A stretch of DNA of 62,984 nt, the filler included, from Octopus bimaculoides (lineage: Eukaryota): the NCBI RefSeq assembly GCF_001194135.2. It is 2 parts of 2 records of this genome, joined end to end, with 100 filler letters (N's around TTAATTAATTAA, not from the genome) between each part and the next. Parts side by side here need not be neighbours in the genome. Positions count along the whole stretch, not along the records: positions 1 to 31,486 come from NC_068992.1; 1 more part is not named here. The stretch is one strand, 5' to 3'. Made by a program: the position numbers and the translations under genes. This document shows positions 12,041 to 23,818 of the stretch, in pieces (positions within the stretch are counted from its first letter, which is position 1; every line of letters begins with the position of its first letter). The notes under the pieces are model-generated. The model did no database searches. It worked only from the letters and a program-made list of their open reading frames with translations, and was not told where the DNA came from.

Positions 12041-12223
12041 CATCGAAATATACCTTAGGAATGATAACCTAGGTTCGAAATTTCCTCCAAGACACCTCAT
12101 GAAGGCTGCTGGGTATATCAGCCGAAACGTTGTGTTACCAAACACGATTTGGATAAATATCCGTGAAATGTAAATAATATAAATAACGTACATAATTCTT
12201 AATCTTTTAAAAATAGAGCTGTA
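12039..12223 (+). mobile_element. Penelope-type pLTR-like repeat body with hammerhead motif (copy B)
   Basis: Collinear with copies A and C; starts AACATCGAAATATACCTTAGGAATG right after (AAT)n. Confidence 0.85.
12091..12136 (+). ncRNA. Minimal hammerhead motif, G5C-mutated (probably inactive)
   Basis: GACAC-CTCATGA-A-GGCTG(ctgggtatat)CAGCC-GAAAC-GTT-GTGTT; stems I and II intact, core CUGA changed to CUCA at 12098. Confidence 0.7.
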
Positions 12224-15039
12224 TTTCTTTCTTTTCTAAAATATCATACTGGACGACCTAATATAACATGTCGTAGATGTAAGATCTTCTTGCAACATCC
12301 TAGTTGTCAAAATAGTGTCTGCTGCTTACAATTGAGTTATAGATTTCCATCAAATGTTTCATAACATACATGTGCATTAAATATACTGATTTTCACATTT
12401 GAAATTTGAATTCATGTTTCAAAGTAACGTATTCATTTCTCTACTATGTTTACCGTTTATATACTCGTATACGTTTGTATATAAGTGTACAATATGTGTG
12501 TATGCAGAGAGAATATGTGGTGAGATGAAGCATGTGTAGTTGTATAAGAATTTTCTACATGACGATGCTTTACTGTGAATAGGAATAAAAATCATTTCGA
12601 AATATGATGCTATGTCACAAGGAAAAAATATTTAGATATTTGCATGGTTCCTCGAACAGCTCCTCTTTTTCAAAGCATGCATAAATATACTTTCTTTCAA
12701 TATCATATTTTCAATCGTTAATGTCAAATTAATATCGTTACTTTATTTGTTTGAAACATGGCTTGTCATTCCCTATTCACTCATATATATTTCGAATTGC
12801 GTATATATATATATATATATATAGCAAAGTTTTCTTCTTCTAAATATGAGCCATTTGAAAACATTAATACAACCGGTAATAACTAGCAGAGGACTCAGAT
12901 GTATGCTAATTTTACAATACAAGTATTTTCTAAAAAAATAATAGCGGTTCATAGGTTTTGTACGTGATCTTACAACGTTTCTATGTGTTAAATGGAAGAG
13001 AGGTACATTCGTAGCTTATTAGAAATTTACTTGGAATATTTTACGGTAGATTTTATAGTAAGTATTACATATTTCAAACGAGGATTTATTTGAATATTCC
13101 GATGTTTGCTTGGTTTCGTTTTCTCATTCGGCGTGCTTCATCCAATGTATCACTCCCAATGTTGTGTTCGTTCCAGTTTTGCTATAAATTGTAAAGTTGT
13201 AGAATATTAAGCTTAACGTGTTTACTGATATATTTATCAGTATCATCACTACTACCTTGCTTCTTTAACATTAATCCATTTCTCAACGTTACTTTTATCA
13301 TATTAGCCATATAAACCGATCACTACTTAACAATATAGTCCCCGTCATTATAATCATTGAATCACACCCTCTTCCTAGTCACTTAAAGATTTACGATTCC
13401 GTAGTTTTTCTATTTTATTGAACTCCGGAAAAAAAGTCGACAGCATTATCTGTGTTTTCTGCTCATAATTGTTTGCAACATGTGTATGCTTCGAATCCAA
13501 ATACGTGCAAAATCACGGGAAAAGGAAAATAGATATGAATGAAAAATAATATTGATATTATATTCTTTATTAACAATATCTGCATAACTATTGTACAATG
13601 TTTTCAAGTGAATGTTGTAAATGTTGTTAACATGATGTTTTCCTACTGCATGTAGTGAAAACACAATACAACAGGGTATAAAATAACATATACATAAAAT
13701 ATAACCAGTTCGTGTATAAACATTTCAGTAAAGTCATTTTGATTGAATATGCGAATTTACATAAAATGCGAGAGTTGAGGAGAAAAATATATCTGTTTAA
13801 GTGAGAGAGGGAGAGAGAAAGAGAGAAAGAGAAAGAAAGGGAGCATATTGTGTGCTCAGTGACAGGTAATTGTGATTAGTAACGTGAGAACAATGGATCG
13901 TTTCTCTGTCGTATTTTCCAAAAATTGGTAAACATGGCACACAATTTTGAGGACAGGGGAAAGTCTCTGTAATTGACTTCAGTAATTTATTGGAATTTTA
14001 TTGTATTCAGCTGCGAAAACTTACACAAAGAACAAGAACAACAAAAAGGAAACATAATGTTTGAGGAGGTTAAGGATTCTGCGAAACAGCAGCTGTTACA
14101 AATCTATCAATAGTGACTAGAACAACAACACACATAAATATAATAATGTTTTCGTAATCAAAGAGGGTTGAATAAATGACCGATATTGGAGCTGAAGGAT
14201 AAAGTGCCGAATTACATAAAAAAATCCCTATAAACAAGCAGAATAGTGAAAAGCAATTCTCAGAAAAACCTCCAAGTGGGTGGATTTCTGAAAGCTACCC
14301 ACACTCTTATGACCAACAGCTCTCGCACGCCCGGGTGACTTCACTTCTGTGTGCGTAGATTTTATCTCGAACTGACAATGCCGAGTTGTAAGATCCTTGG
14401 TGAGGAATTCCGAAATTACGAACGGACCTTGAGCAGAAATCCGCCAGAGCACACCAGGTAAGAAATCGAAACCTACAATTTCCTCGAAAATGTTCCTTTT
14501 GCCGGCTTCTATTTCTCAGTAATCCACAAAGGAGTAATTTCCACCTTACCGTCCAATGGTATATTACTGGCGTGCTTGATGATATCCCAGATGATACGCG
14601 CAATTTGTTGTGCTTGATCTCGGCTCACACGTGTTCAAATAACTGTCTCCTACACATCCAATTTAAGTCGATCAGGTAAACTACATATCATTCTTCGGTG
14701 CGGCCAACCTGTCAGAATCATGGACAACACAGTCTGTGCCTCAATACAGAACAGTCTATCTAAACAGGATTCGGACGATCTGATGTAGGTTGTATATATC
14801 TACATAGGCAAATTCTGGATATTTTGTCGTTACCAATCAGAGAGTAGAAATTCTTCGAACAGATGTGCAAAGCTTTTCAAACTCCTTATCGCTGTGAATA
14901 TAGCGTTCAAATATTTCACTACCACACGCAATCACTGAAAGAGAGTTGACTGCCCACAACTAATGGAACATCAACAGCTATTATTCTAAAGGAATTGCCT
15001 CCTCTGTTGATCATATTTATCGCTTGGTAACTTCTATAT

Positions 15040-15230
15040 AAAAAGAGATGATTCCTATAGTGATACCCAAAACATTACATTATTTACATTCTTTACAATT
15101 GACAGATATTTTTCCTTATCTTGTTTGTTGCTAACACAAGGTTTCGGCTGATATAACCTCCAGTCTTCATTAGGTGTGTTGGGGTAATTTGGAACCTGGG
15201 TTCGCATACCTAAGGCAATTTTCGATGTTG
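15040..15230 (-). mobile_element. Penelope-type pLTR-like repeat body with degenerate hammerhead (copy C)
   Basis: Collinear with A and B; hammerhead 15133-15178 reads CACAC-CTAATGA-A-GACTG..CAGCC-GAAAC-CTT-GTGTT on the minus strand. Confidence 0.85.
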
Positions 15231-15452
<222 letters not shown>

Positions 15453-15834
15453 NNNNNNNNNNNNNNNNNNNNNNNNNNNNNNNNNNNNNNNNNNNNNNNN
15501 NNNNNNNNNNNNNNNNNNNNNNNNNNNNNNNNNNNNNNNNNNNNNNNNNNNNNNNNNNNNNNNNNNNNNNNNNNNNNNNNNNNNNNNNNNNNNNNNNNNN
15601 NNNNNNNNNNNNNNNNNNNNNNNNNNNNNNNNNNNNNNNNNNNNNNNNNNNNNNNNNNNNNNNNNNNNNNNNNNNNNNNNNNNNNNNNNNNNNNNGAAGT
15701 AGATTGACAAATTTATTTTTTGAACCAGTTGAAGACACACGAGATGTCGAAATATCGTTCACCAGATAACAAATGGCACTCTTCTTTTAATTTTGACTCT
15801 ATATCTTCAGGAGGAGTTACCTCAATCCTTTCTA

Positions 15835-15865
<31 letters not shown>

Positions 15866-16168
15866 GAGTGAGAGAGCAGTGCATGCCGTGAAAGTGAAAC
15901 TGGGATAAAATATACGAAGCCCGGTATACCCATCATGACTACTCATTTGATAAGAATACACCAGGCACATGCATCACAACCATATGTGAGTGACATGGTG
16001 ATCCCATATCAAAGTAAACAGTGCATGACCGCGCAGGTGGGGCCCAGTTAGAATTATCTTCAGATCGAGTAGTCCATCCCGCTCAAGAGGTCCCTGAATA
16101 AGATTTGTTTAAGGATGTTGAGCAAAACACCCATGTTTCCAAAGGTGAATTATTCAAACCCCTAAAAC
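15866..16168 (-). mobile_element. Non-autonomous AAT-associated dispersed repeat (family X), 3' part
   Basis: Collinear with 26914-27438; 3' end GCATGCACTGCTCTCTCACTC directly joined to (AAT)n on the minus strand. Confidence 0.85.
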
Positions 16169-16169
16169 T

Positions 16170-16511
16170 TGCTTTCAATTGTTGTTGTACATGCCTGTGT
16201 CTTTGAACTTGTTGATCACCGTCCCTATTCACCTGATTTAGCCCCATCTGACTATCATCTGTTACCCAGAATGAGAAACCACTTCGCTGGAGCCAGTATC
16301 GCAGTAATAATGACGTTCTATCTGCTGTTGATTCTTTTTTTCTTTTTGACCAACAAGATGAAAGCGTCAGCAATAGAATCGAAGTACTGCAGTACCCATA
16401 GCAAGAGTGCATGAACCGCAAAGGGGACTATTTTGAGAAATAAACCTCATTTGTTTACATTCCATGAGAGTATTCTTCGCCAGCCTATGAGCTCTCCAGC
16501 CGGCCGCGTGT
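16170..16511 (+). mobile_element. Mariner transposase 3' fragment
   Basis: FELVDHRPYSPDLAPSDYHLLPRMRNHFAG; later KGDYFEK*. Confidence 0.9.
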
Positions 16512-16574
16512 ATGTTTGAAATGTCTTGCAAAACTACAATGCGAATTTTTATTTGCAGTACTTTTCAGGCTCAT

Positions 16575-17745
16575 AGGTAGCAGTGGCGGTGTTGTGCCAT
16601 GAGCACTAATTCCTACAGGGGTAATGCGTTGTCTATATTTTCTTCAATCTCTTCACCCGTCTGGTTATAACCTGATATTGCTCCATTTCTTTGGTATCTA
16701 TCCTGCTACCGTTTAGTGTTGAAAATCTACGATCTTCAACTTTTAAAGTTTCTTTCTTCTGTAATCCTATCCTGCTTCCTTCAATAATATGGTAAGGCTT
16801 TTCCCTATGAGAGTCTCTCCTTCATTTTCATAAGACTTTTCTATTAATCAAATACTCGGTCAACATCTTGGGGCTCCCTTTTACTGTTTTTTTTTTTTTA
16901 CTCAGTTCAACCTCCACTTATATTTGTGTGCCAGCACGCCACAGTCACGGAAAAATACATGATAACGTCTCCCTTTGTTTATTTCCAACCTGACTTTACT
17001 TTCTTTGTCTTTGCCATTAGCAGGTCCGTCACAATGTCTTCTACCAAAGCGTCTACAATAAGGTTTCTTTTCGTTTTCGGCCATAACCAGTATTTGCTTA
17101 TAACACCATTGGTTTCTTGCATCAATTAGTCCTGTATTTGTAATACTTTCCATCTGCTGGCTCATTCTTCATTCTATTATTGAATCCTCCTTATTATATT
17201 ATTGAATTCTCCTCCTGTTTTAATAAGAAAATATTCTTTTTTCCATAGTACAGCATATATTTACAAACTCAATATTGCACAACTGAATAATCTGCATTTA
17301 ACAGTCATCAGCTTCCGTTCTTCCCCGGTAAGAAGAGTTTGTTGATATTAGGCCTTGGGTGGTGCGCGTTGTGTATTGAGAGCAGCTTTCTAATACTATA
17401 TTCTGTAGCACTGCCTTTATCTATTTTATAAAAGGAACATTGAATCGTAATATTGCTATAACCTACGTATTCTGTTGTTTGATAATACTCCCTTCATTAG
17501 ATTTCGTTTTGATCACCTTCCTAATTGTCTGCCTGTGGTCTTTGTAGATTATTCTTTCTCATCCTTCCCTCTATTATCTCCCGCCTTTCAGCACCACTAG
17601 GTACTTGTAATCCCCATTATTTCTCAGTGATCTACTGGTATAATCTTGCAATAAATTTGTGCCAGCAGAAATTATCTTCCAACCTTACTTCATAATGAAA
17701 TTCACTCACTTATTAAACCCAAACTGCGTCGTCACAAAATCTTTA
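16575..17745 (-). mobile_element. Heavily decayed R4/Dong-type LINE fragment
   Basis: Minus strand reads AHHPRPNINKLFLPGKNG (cf. MHHPKADVDRLY.PR..GGRG), HVFFRDCGVLAHKYK, ITPVGISAHG; many stops. Confidence 0.75.
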
Positions 17746-17787
17746 ATAAATACACTTAATGGTTACTATTAATACTATCATCATCAT

Positions 17788-17970
17788 GACACCGAGCTAA
17801 TAGAATAGTTAGCACGCTGAAAAAAGTGCTCAGCAACATTTCGTCCGTCTTCACGTTCTGAATTCAAATACCGCAGAGGTGGAGTTTGCCTACCATCATT
17901 CGTGGTCGACAAAACAAGTACGAGTTGAGCCCTGGGGTCAATGTACTCAATTTACTCAGGCCTTGTATCT
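17788..17970 (+). mobile_element. Family A SINE
   Basis: GTTAGCACGC..CATTTCGTCCGTCTTCACGTTCTGAATTCAAATACCGC..TGGTCGACAAAACAAGTAC..CTGGGGTCAATG. Confidence 0.8.
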
Positions 17971-17987
17971 ATAATAGAAAGGATAAT

Positions 17988-18074
17988 TATCATCACCATT
18001 ATCATCATCACCATCATCATCATCATCATTATCGTCGTCGTCGTCGTCCTCATCGTCATTATCATTGTCATCAA

Positions 18075-18145
<71 letters not shown>

Positions 18146-18156
18146 CCAGCAGCAGT

Positions 18157-18205
<49 letters not shown>

Positions 18206-18207
18206 TT
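17988..18207. repeat. Compound trinucleotide array (CAT)n-(CGT)n-(CAT/TAT)n-(TAG)n-(CAG)n-(TAG)n
   Basis: Directly visible. Confidence 0.95.
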
Positions 18208-19917
18208 CATTCAGTTAACATATGCAGGATATATTTGTGGCATTCTCATAGAACATACGACTTTCATATGTTAAACCTAATGCAGAAAGAAAAGGAAACG
18301 TTATGCAAAATATCAGCAAACATAGATAAGCAAATGGGCGGTCTAATAACAGTAGCAGCCTTTTAGTGTTTCGTGTTATAAATATTATTTTATAAAATAT
18401 GCGAACTAAATAAAACTTAATGAATTTTTCAACGTTACACACAAGAAAATTTCATAGAATAATGCTAAGAGACCCAGGGAATGTAATACTTAAAACATAT
18501 TGAGGGTAATATGATAGAAAATGTTAAATACTTTCTCATTCCCAAGCCAATTGTTCACGTAATAAACATGAATAATGAAAATAAAGTAGTTAAAAATATC
18601 ACCATTAACAATATAACGTTCTTTAACGATAATGATGAGAATGATAATAATAATAATAATATTAAATGTAGTAATAATCTATTTATAGTAATATCATTAA
18701 TAATATGTATCACTATTGTTGTTACGATCTTTATAATTACTATCACTACTGTAGCTGTTGTAGTAGTCGCAGTAGTCGTGGTCGTAATGGATGAATGGGT
18801 AGTGGTGGTAGTGGTTGTAGTGTTCATGGCGCTGTTGTTGGTGGAGGTATTAAGAGTTTTATAGAATTCTTTCTTTACTTCACATATTATTCTGGATAGT
18901 ATTTACATAAAATTTTATAAATATGAAACATTTTCTTTCTAAGAAATAATTTTTTTCCATTTAAAAATAAATCAGACATAAATGGAAATCTAGAAAATAA
19001 GAAAGATTTAAAACATAAGACAGATTAGGAAGAAATATCTATTTTGTAATCAAAATTACCGACAATTGAAGAGAATAAAGCTGATTCTGTTTTAGATTAA
19101 AAGACAAGCTTCCTCTTTTCTCTTATCACATTTTTGTTATCGATTTTCTGTTGCTGTCATTGTTGCTACATTTTTTGTTATTTTGTAGATGCTATCTTAT
19201 CTTGCCGGTTTCTCTTAGAATTTACATTGATGCATAGCCGCTATACACGTGTCTCTACGCACTAACGTTTTAGTTATCGAGGAAATAATTACATCTGTTG
19301 TTTCTCAGAACTCCTTTTTCTTTCTTTTTACCTCATTCTGAACTCCTTTACTATAATCATCAACATCATCATTATCTATGGCAGCATTTTTGTCATGAAT
19401 GTAATCATAAATATCATCTGTATCAACACCATTGTACCCATACTATAGTAAAAATTTCATCAGTAATATTAGAATCAACTTTATCATCGACTCTATCAAA
19501 TAATTGCCTCTGAAACTGAGAACATCGTCCGCCCATCTAATATCGACCACTCCTTTTCTGCACTATATTCTAAGATTTTTGTTTTTTTCTTCACACAACG
19601 TTTCTAGCATCTCTAATTTAGTTCACGGATTATATACAAAATGAAATAAACATGAGATGTTTCGTAAACGTATATAACCAGTAATGTGAATGAAATCAAT
19701 ATATTTAAATTTTATGTCATTCTTTCTCTTGTATTTATATAGATAATTATTCAAATCTTCCTTGTAGTATCCAGCTGCTCAGCATAAGTATTATGTGTTT
19801 CAAATGTATACATACTTGTAAAAATAATGAAGCTGCTCCTTTAATAATTATTGGGGCTTATATATTCAACATAACCCCTGCCCGGTATATGCATGNNNNN
19901 NNNNNNNNNNNNNNNNN

Positions 19918-19954
<37 letters not shown>

Positions 19955-20474
19955 GCATACATGCATGCATAAATACGTGCAATTTATTTAAATCACCTAC
20001 CGGAAATCTATAGGAGTACCTATCAGAAGATCAAAAGCATAGGTAAGAACATCTTAAATATATTTAATCCTCAATATAGCGGGCCAGATTGTGAGCAATT
20101 TAAACCTAAAATGTCTAGGCTCAACATGGAAGACAACAACCAGATTTCAATGGGTGCCTTCCAGTGAAAGTTTGTTGCTTTCAATACGAGAATATTGGAA
20201 AGAATTATACCGTGCTTTGTACTTCCGTGAAATAAAAGATCTGGAAAATCACATATGATTCGATAAATCTCAATTTATAGCATTCGATGGTATTATGTAA
20301 CATTTCTTTATATAATCAAAGAGGAAGAAAAATCTGCATGGAATCATCCTAATGACGTTATAAGATATCGGACTGGCAACCAGCGTGGGTGCACGTTTAC
20401 CTATAGCTGACAGAAATGTAAGTTATAGCTTGTGGTCCTGCATCTCTATTTCTTTCGTCAACATATAATTTGGA

Positions 20475-20475
<1 letters not shown>

Positions 20476-20521
<46 letters not shown>

Positions 20522-20572
20522 ATATCTATCTATATATCTATCTATCTATCTATCTGTCTATCTATCTATCTG

Positions 20573-20614
<42 letters not shown>

Positions 20615-20620
20615 CATATA
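20476..20620. repeat. (TATC)n microsatellite
   Basis: Directly visible. Confidence 0.95.
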
Positions 20621-20742
20621 TATATATATGTGTGTATGCGAGTATGTGTGCGTGTATGTGTGTATCAATCGTCCTACCTATATTTCTACGTATGAATAAT
20701 AGATATACATATACATATAGAATAAGACACGCATATATGCAT

Positions 20743-21142
20743 ACAGGTGTGTGGCTGTGTCGTAAGAAGATTGCTTTCTAACCACATGTTTCCGGGTTCA
20801 GACCCACTGCGTGGCACATTGCGCAAATGTCTTCTGCTATAACCTTAAGCCGATCAAATTCCTGTGAGTAGATTTGGCAGAGGGAAACCGAAATACACCC
20901 TGCGTATATATATATATATATATATGTAGTATGTATGTATATATTTGTGTGTCTGTGTTTCTCCCCCCGCCGTTGCTTGACAACCGATGTTCGCGTGTTT
21001 ATGTCGCTTAGAAGTTCGACCAGACCAAAGACGTCGATGAAATAAGTACTAAGCTTACAAAGAATACGTCCTGGAGTCGATTCGTTCGACTTAAAGGCGG
21101 ATCGCAAGCATTGTCACAGTAGAAGGACTGAAAGAAGTAAAA
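20743..21142 (+). mobile_element. tRNA/CORE-like SINE family B with internal (TA)n/(TG)n
   Basis: TGGCTGTGTCGTAAG A box, GGGTTCAGACCC B box, CORE-like GGCACATTGCGCAAATGTC, internal microsatellite, 3' CGCTTGACAACCGATG..TAAGTACT..TAAAGGCGG shared with other copies. Confidence 0.85.
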
Positions 21143-22958
21143 ATATATATACATATNNNNNNNNNNNNNNNNNNNNNNNNNNNNNNNNNNNNNNNNNNNN
21201 NNNNNNNNNNNNNNNNNNNNNNNNNNNNNNNNNNNNNNNNNNNTATATATATATATATGTAGTATGTATGTATATATTAACCTCTACTTTCTCTTGCTCT
21301 CTCTCTTTATATATTTATACACACACAATTACCTGACTTCAAATTTGTCGGTTTAGCAAAAGTATATTTTGAGGAAGTTACAGCGGTGCCACAGACTGTA
21401 TGACTATTCAACGTTGTTTGTTTCTAAAGAGAGAATGTCGCTGAGATCATTATCAGATAACTTATTCGTTGATTCCTTTAGAAAGGTGAACGTGAAGAGA
21501 TAAAACTATTTTTGGTCAGCCTTTAGCTACGTCCGTGTATCAGAGACACTAGACAGTCGCATAAATAAGACAGGCAAAGGCTCTAATCCAGTGGATATGT
21601 CATATCTCAATCAAAGGCATTCTAATGGAAGGTGGATGTCGTGTCAGAATTCGCGTTTTAACCTTTCTGTGGCCAGTTGTGGCGTGAGCAGCTATAATCT
21701 CAATTAACCAACGTATGGTGACATTTTCAGATTTTATGTATAATTTTACTGTATGATTCTGTCTTTGTTAACAAAATATTGTCAAAGCGGGTGAAAAAGA
21801 AATATTACTTTGAACTTTTAGGAGTGGATGGTGGTTCTGAATAACTGCAGTTAAAATTCCTGAAAAATCTCAAACGGAACAAAATGAAAATTTGCTCCCT
21901 CAATTTTCGCTGTGGCTATTTCAATAAATTGTATTTACAGAGCAAGTTATAAATAGAATGGGAGGGAGTGAATAACAAAATGGTTGAAAGAAAGGAGAAG
22001 GTGGATGCCTTAGCGCATGTACATGTGCATGTATGTATGAGTGCGCATGTGTTAAATAAAACAATGTAAGAAACATACCAAGCACAGACATTCAACAGCG
22101 CGCAAAACACACACACGTGCGCACAAACACACACACAAGCACATACATACCCCCCATACACACGCACAAGCACAGACATCACACAAGAGAAAGGTAAAGG
22201 GGAGTCAGTGAAAATGTCTGAAATGAAACGACGCTAATTAAAATTTGCCACGTCCAAAATCAAACTGTAACCAATTAACATATAAGAAAAATATGTCAAT
22301 TCCGTCAACTGTGATATATGGTGAGTCATATATTATTGATGTTTTCATACCCTTTTAAACCTTAGTTTCAAATGTTAACGTGCAAAATTTCTTCATTTTT
22401 ACGTCTTTGTGGTATTGTCTACACATTGATGAAGAGGGAAGATTGGCAGTTTGGGAAATTTGGTTGATGCACATATGTCCAAATGCTCACTGGTTGCGAT
22501 TTCTGTACGGATCTCGTATTTATTGTCATCTTATTCTTCAGGTGAGTTTGACTTGTCTAATCTAACATTCGATACATGCATTGAAATTGATGGCATACAT
22601 TAATGTTGCGTTTAAAGATCATGTAAGTCTGTAGATGTTCTGGTAAATAGTCAACGTTTGCATTTGATTATTTGTTCTGATTCGTGTGCCATTTTCATTC
22701 CTATGCTTTGGCTAATGAAGATATGATTAAAATTTTAATTGTATTAATTATTTTCTTTCCCGTTTTGTTTCAAGACGCTTAGGTATTCAAATGGTAAATA
22801 CTAGAAGAATTATTGGACGGTATAATGGATAATGCTGATTTTTTCCCGTTTACATGTTATATAGATAATTTATATCCTTCGAGATACAGTGGCACAAAAA
22901 AATTATGTTCTCTCGAACGTTTATAAATCCTTATGACGTCAACACACACACACACGGG

Positions 22959-23003
<45 letters not shown>

Positions 23004-23766
23004 AGATATGTGATTGTGTATACATGTATGTGCGCGTGCATAGTTGTGTGTGTCTAAGTGTGTGATACGTTGTCCGGCTCAAACCATATCCTAGCTTTTC
23101 ACATTCATTGTTTTAACGATAGAGATTATGTTGCTCAAATTATTAGAATGTAACAGTAAGTAACGAAATTCATATTTCCACTCCATTGTGTTTTATCTTC
23201 GCGTGTATGACTGTGATTCAAAAAGTAATGGAAAAAAAAATTGCATTAATTTCTTACTCATCCTCATTCACAGACTGATACCTATGTGAAAATATACTTT
23301 TGATAATAAAAACAATGTTTATATTATTACAATAACATAGAAACAATAATCTGGGTCTTCAGGAGACAAAGCCACACCGGTAATCAGGATTACGGCAAAC
23401 AAATAAAACTAGCAGTTAAGTCAAAATTTTGCAAGTTTCTCAGCTTGTTACAAGATACTTCAAATATTTCGAAACAGTACATTTATAATTACAATCATAC
23501 AAATTCTAGTGCTACACACGAATACTGTCTATCAAGATTTTATTGATTGATTGACTTGTTTGGTCGGGGGAAAACTTGAAAATATAAGGTACCGCAAAAT
23601 GTGAGACATCTGCATATATATTCTCCATTCAGTTTTAGTATTCAAATCATATTATTGGTAATTAATAATTTGATTTTATTAATAAATTAACCTATTGGAG
23701 ATGTCACTATGTTTAGACTTAGACACGTTGACTTCATATTAATATATGGATGCGTGTTTTGTGTGC

Positions 23767-23818
<52 letters not shown>

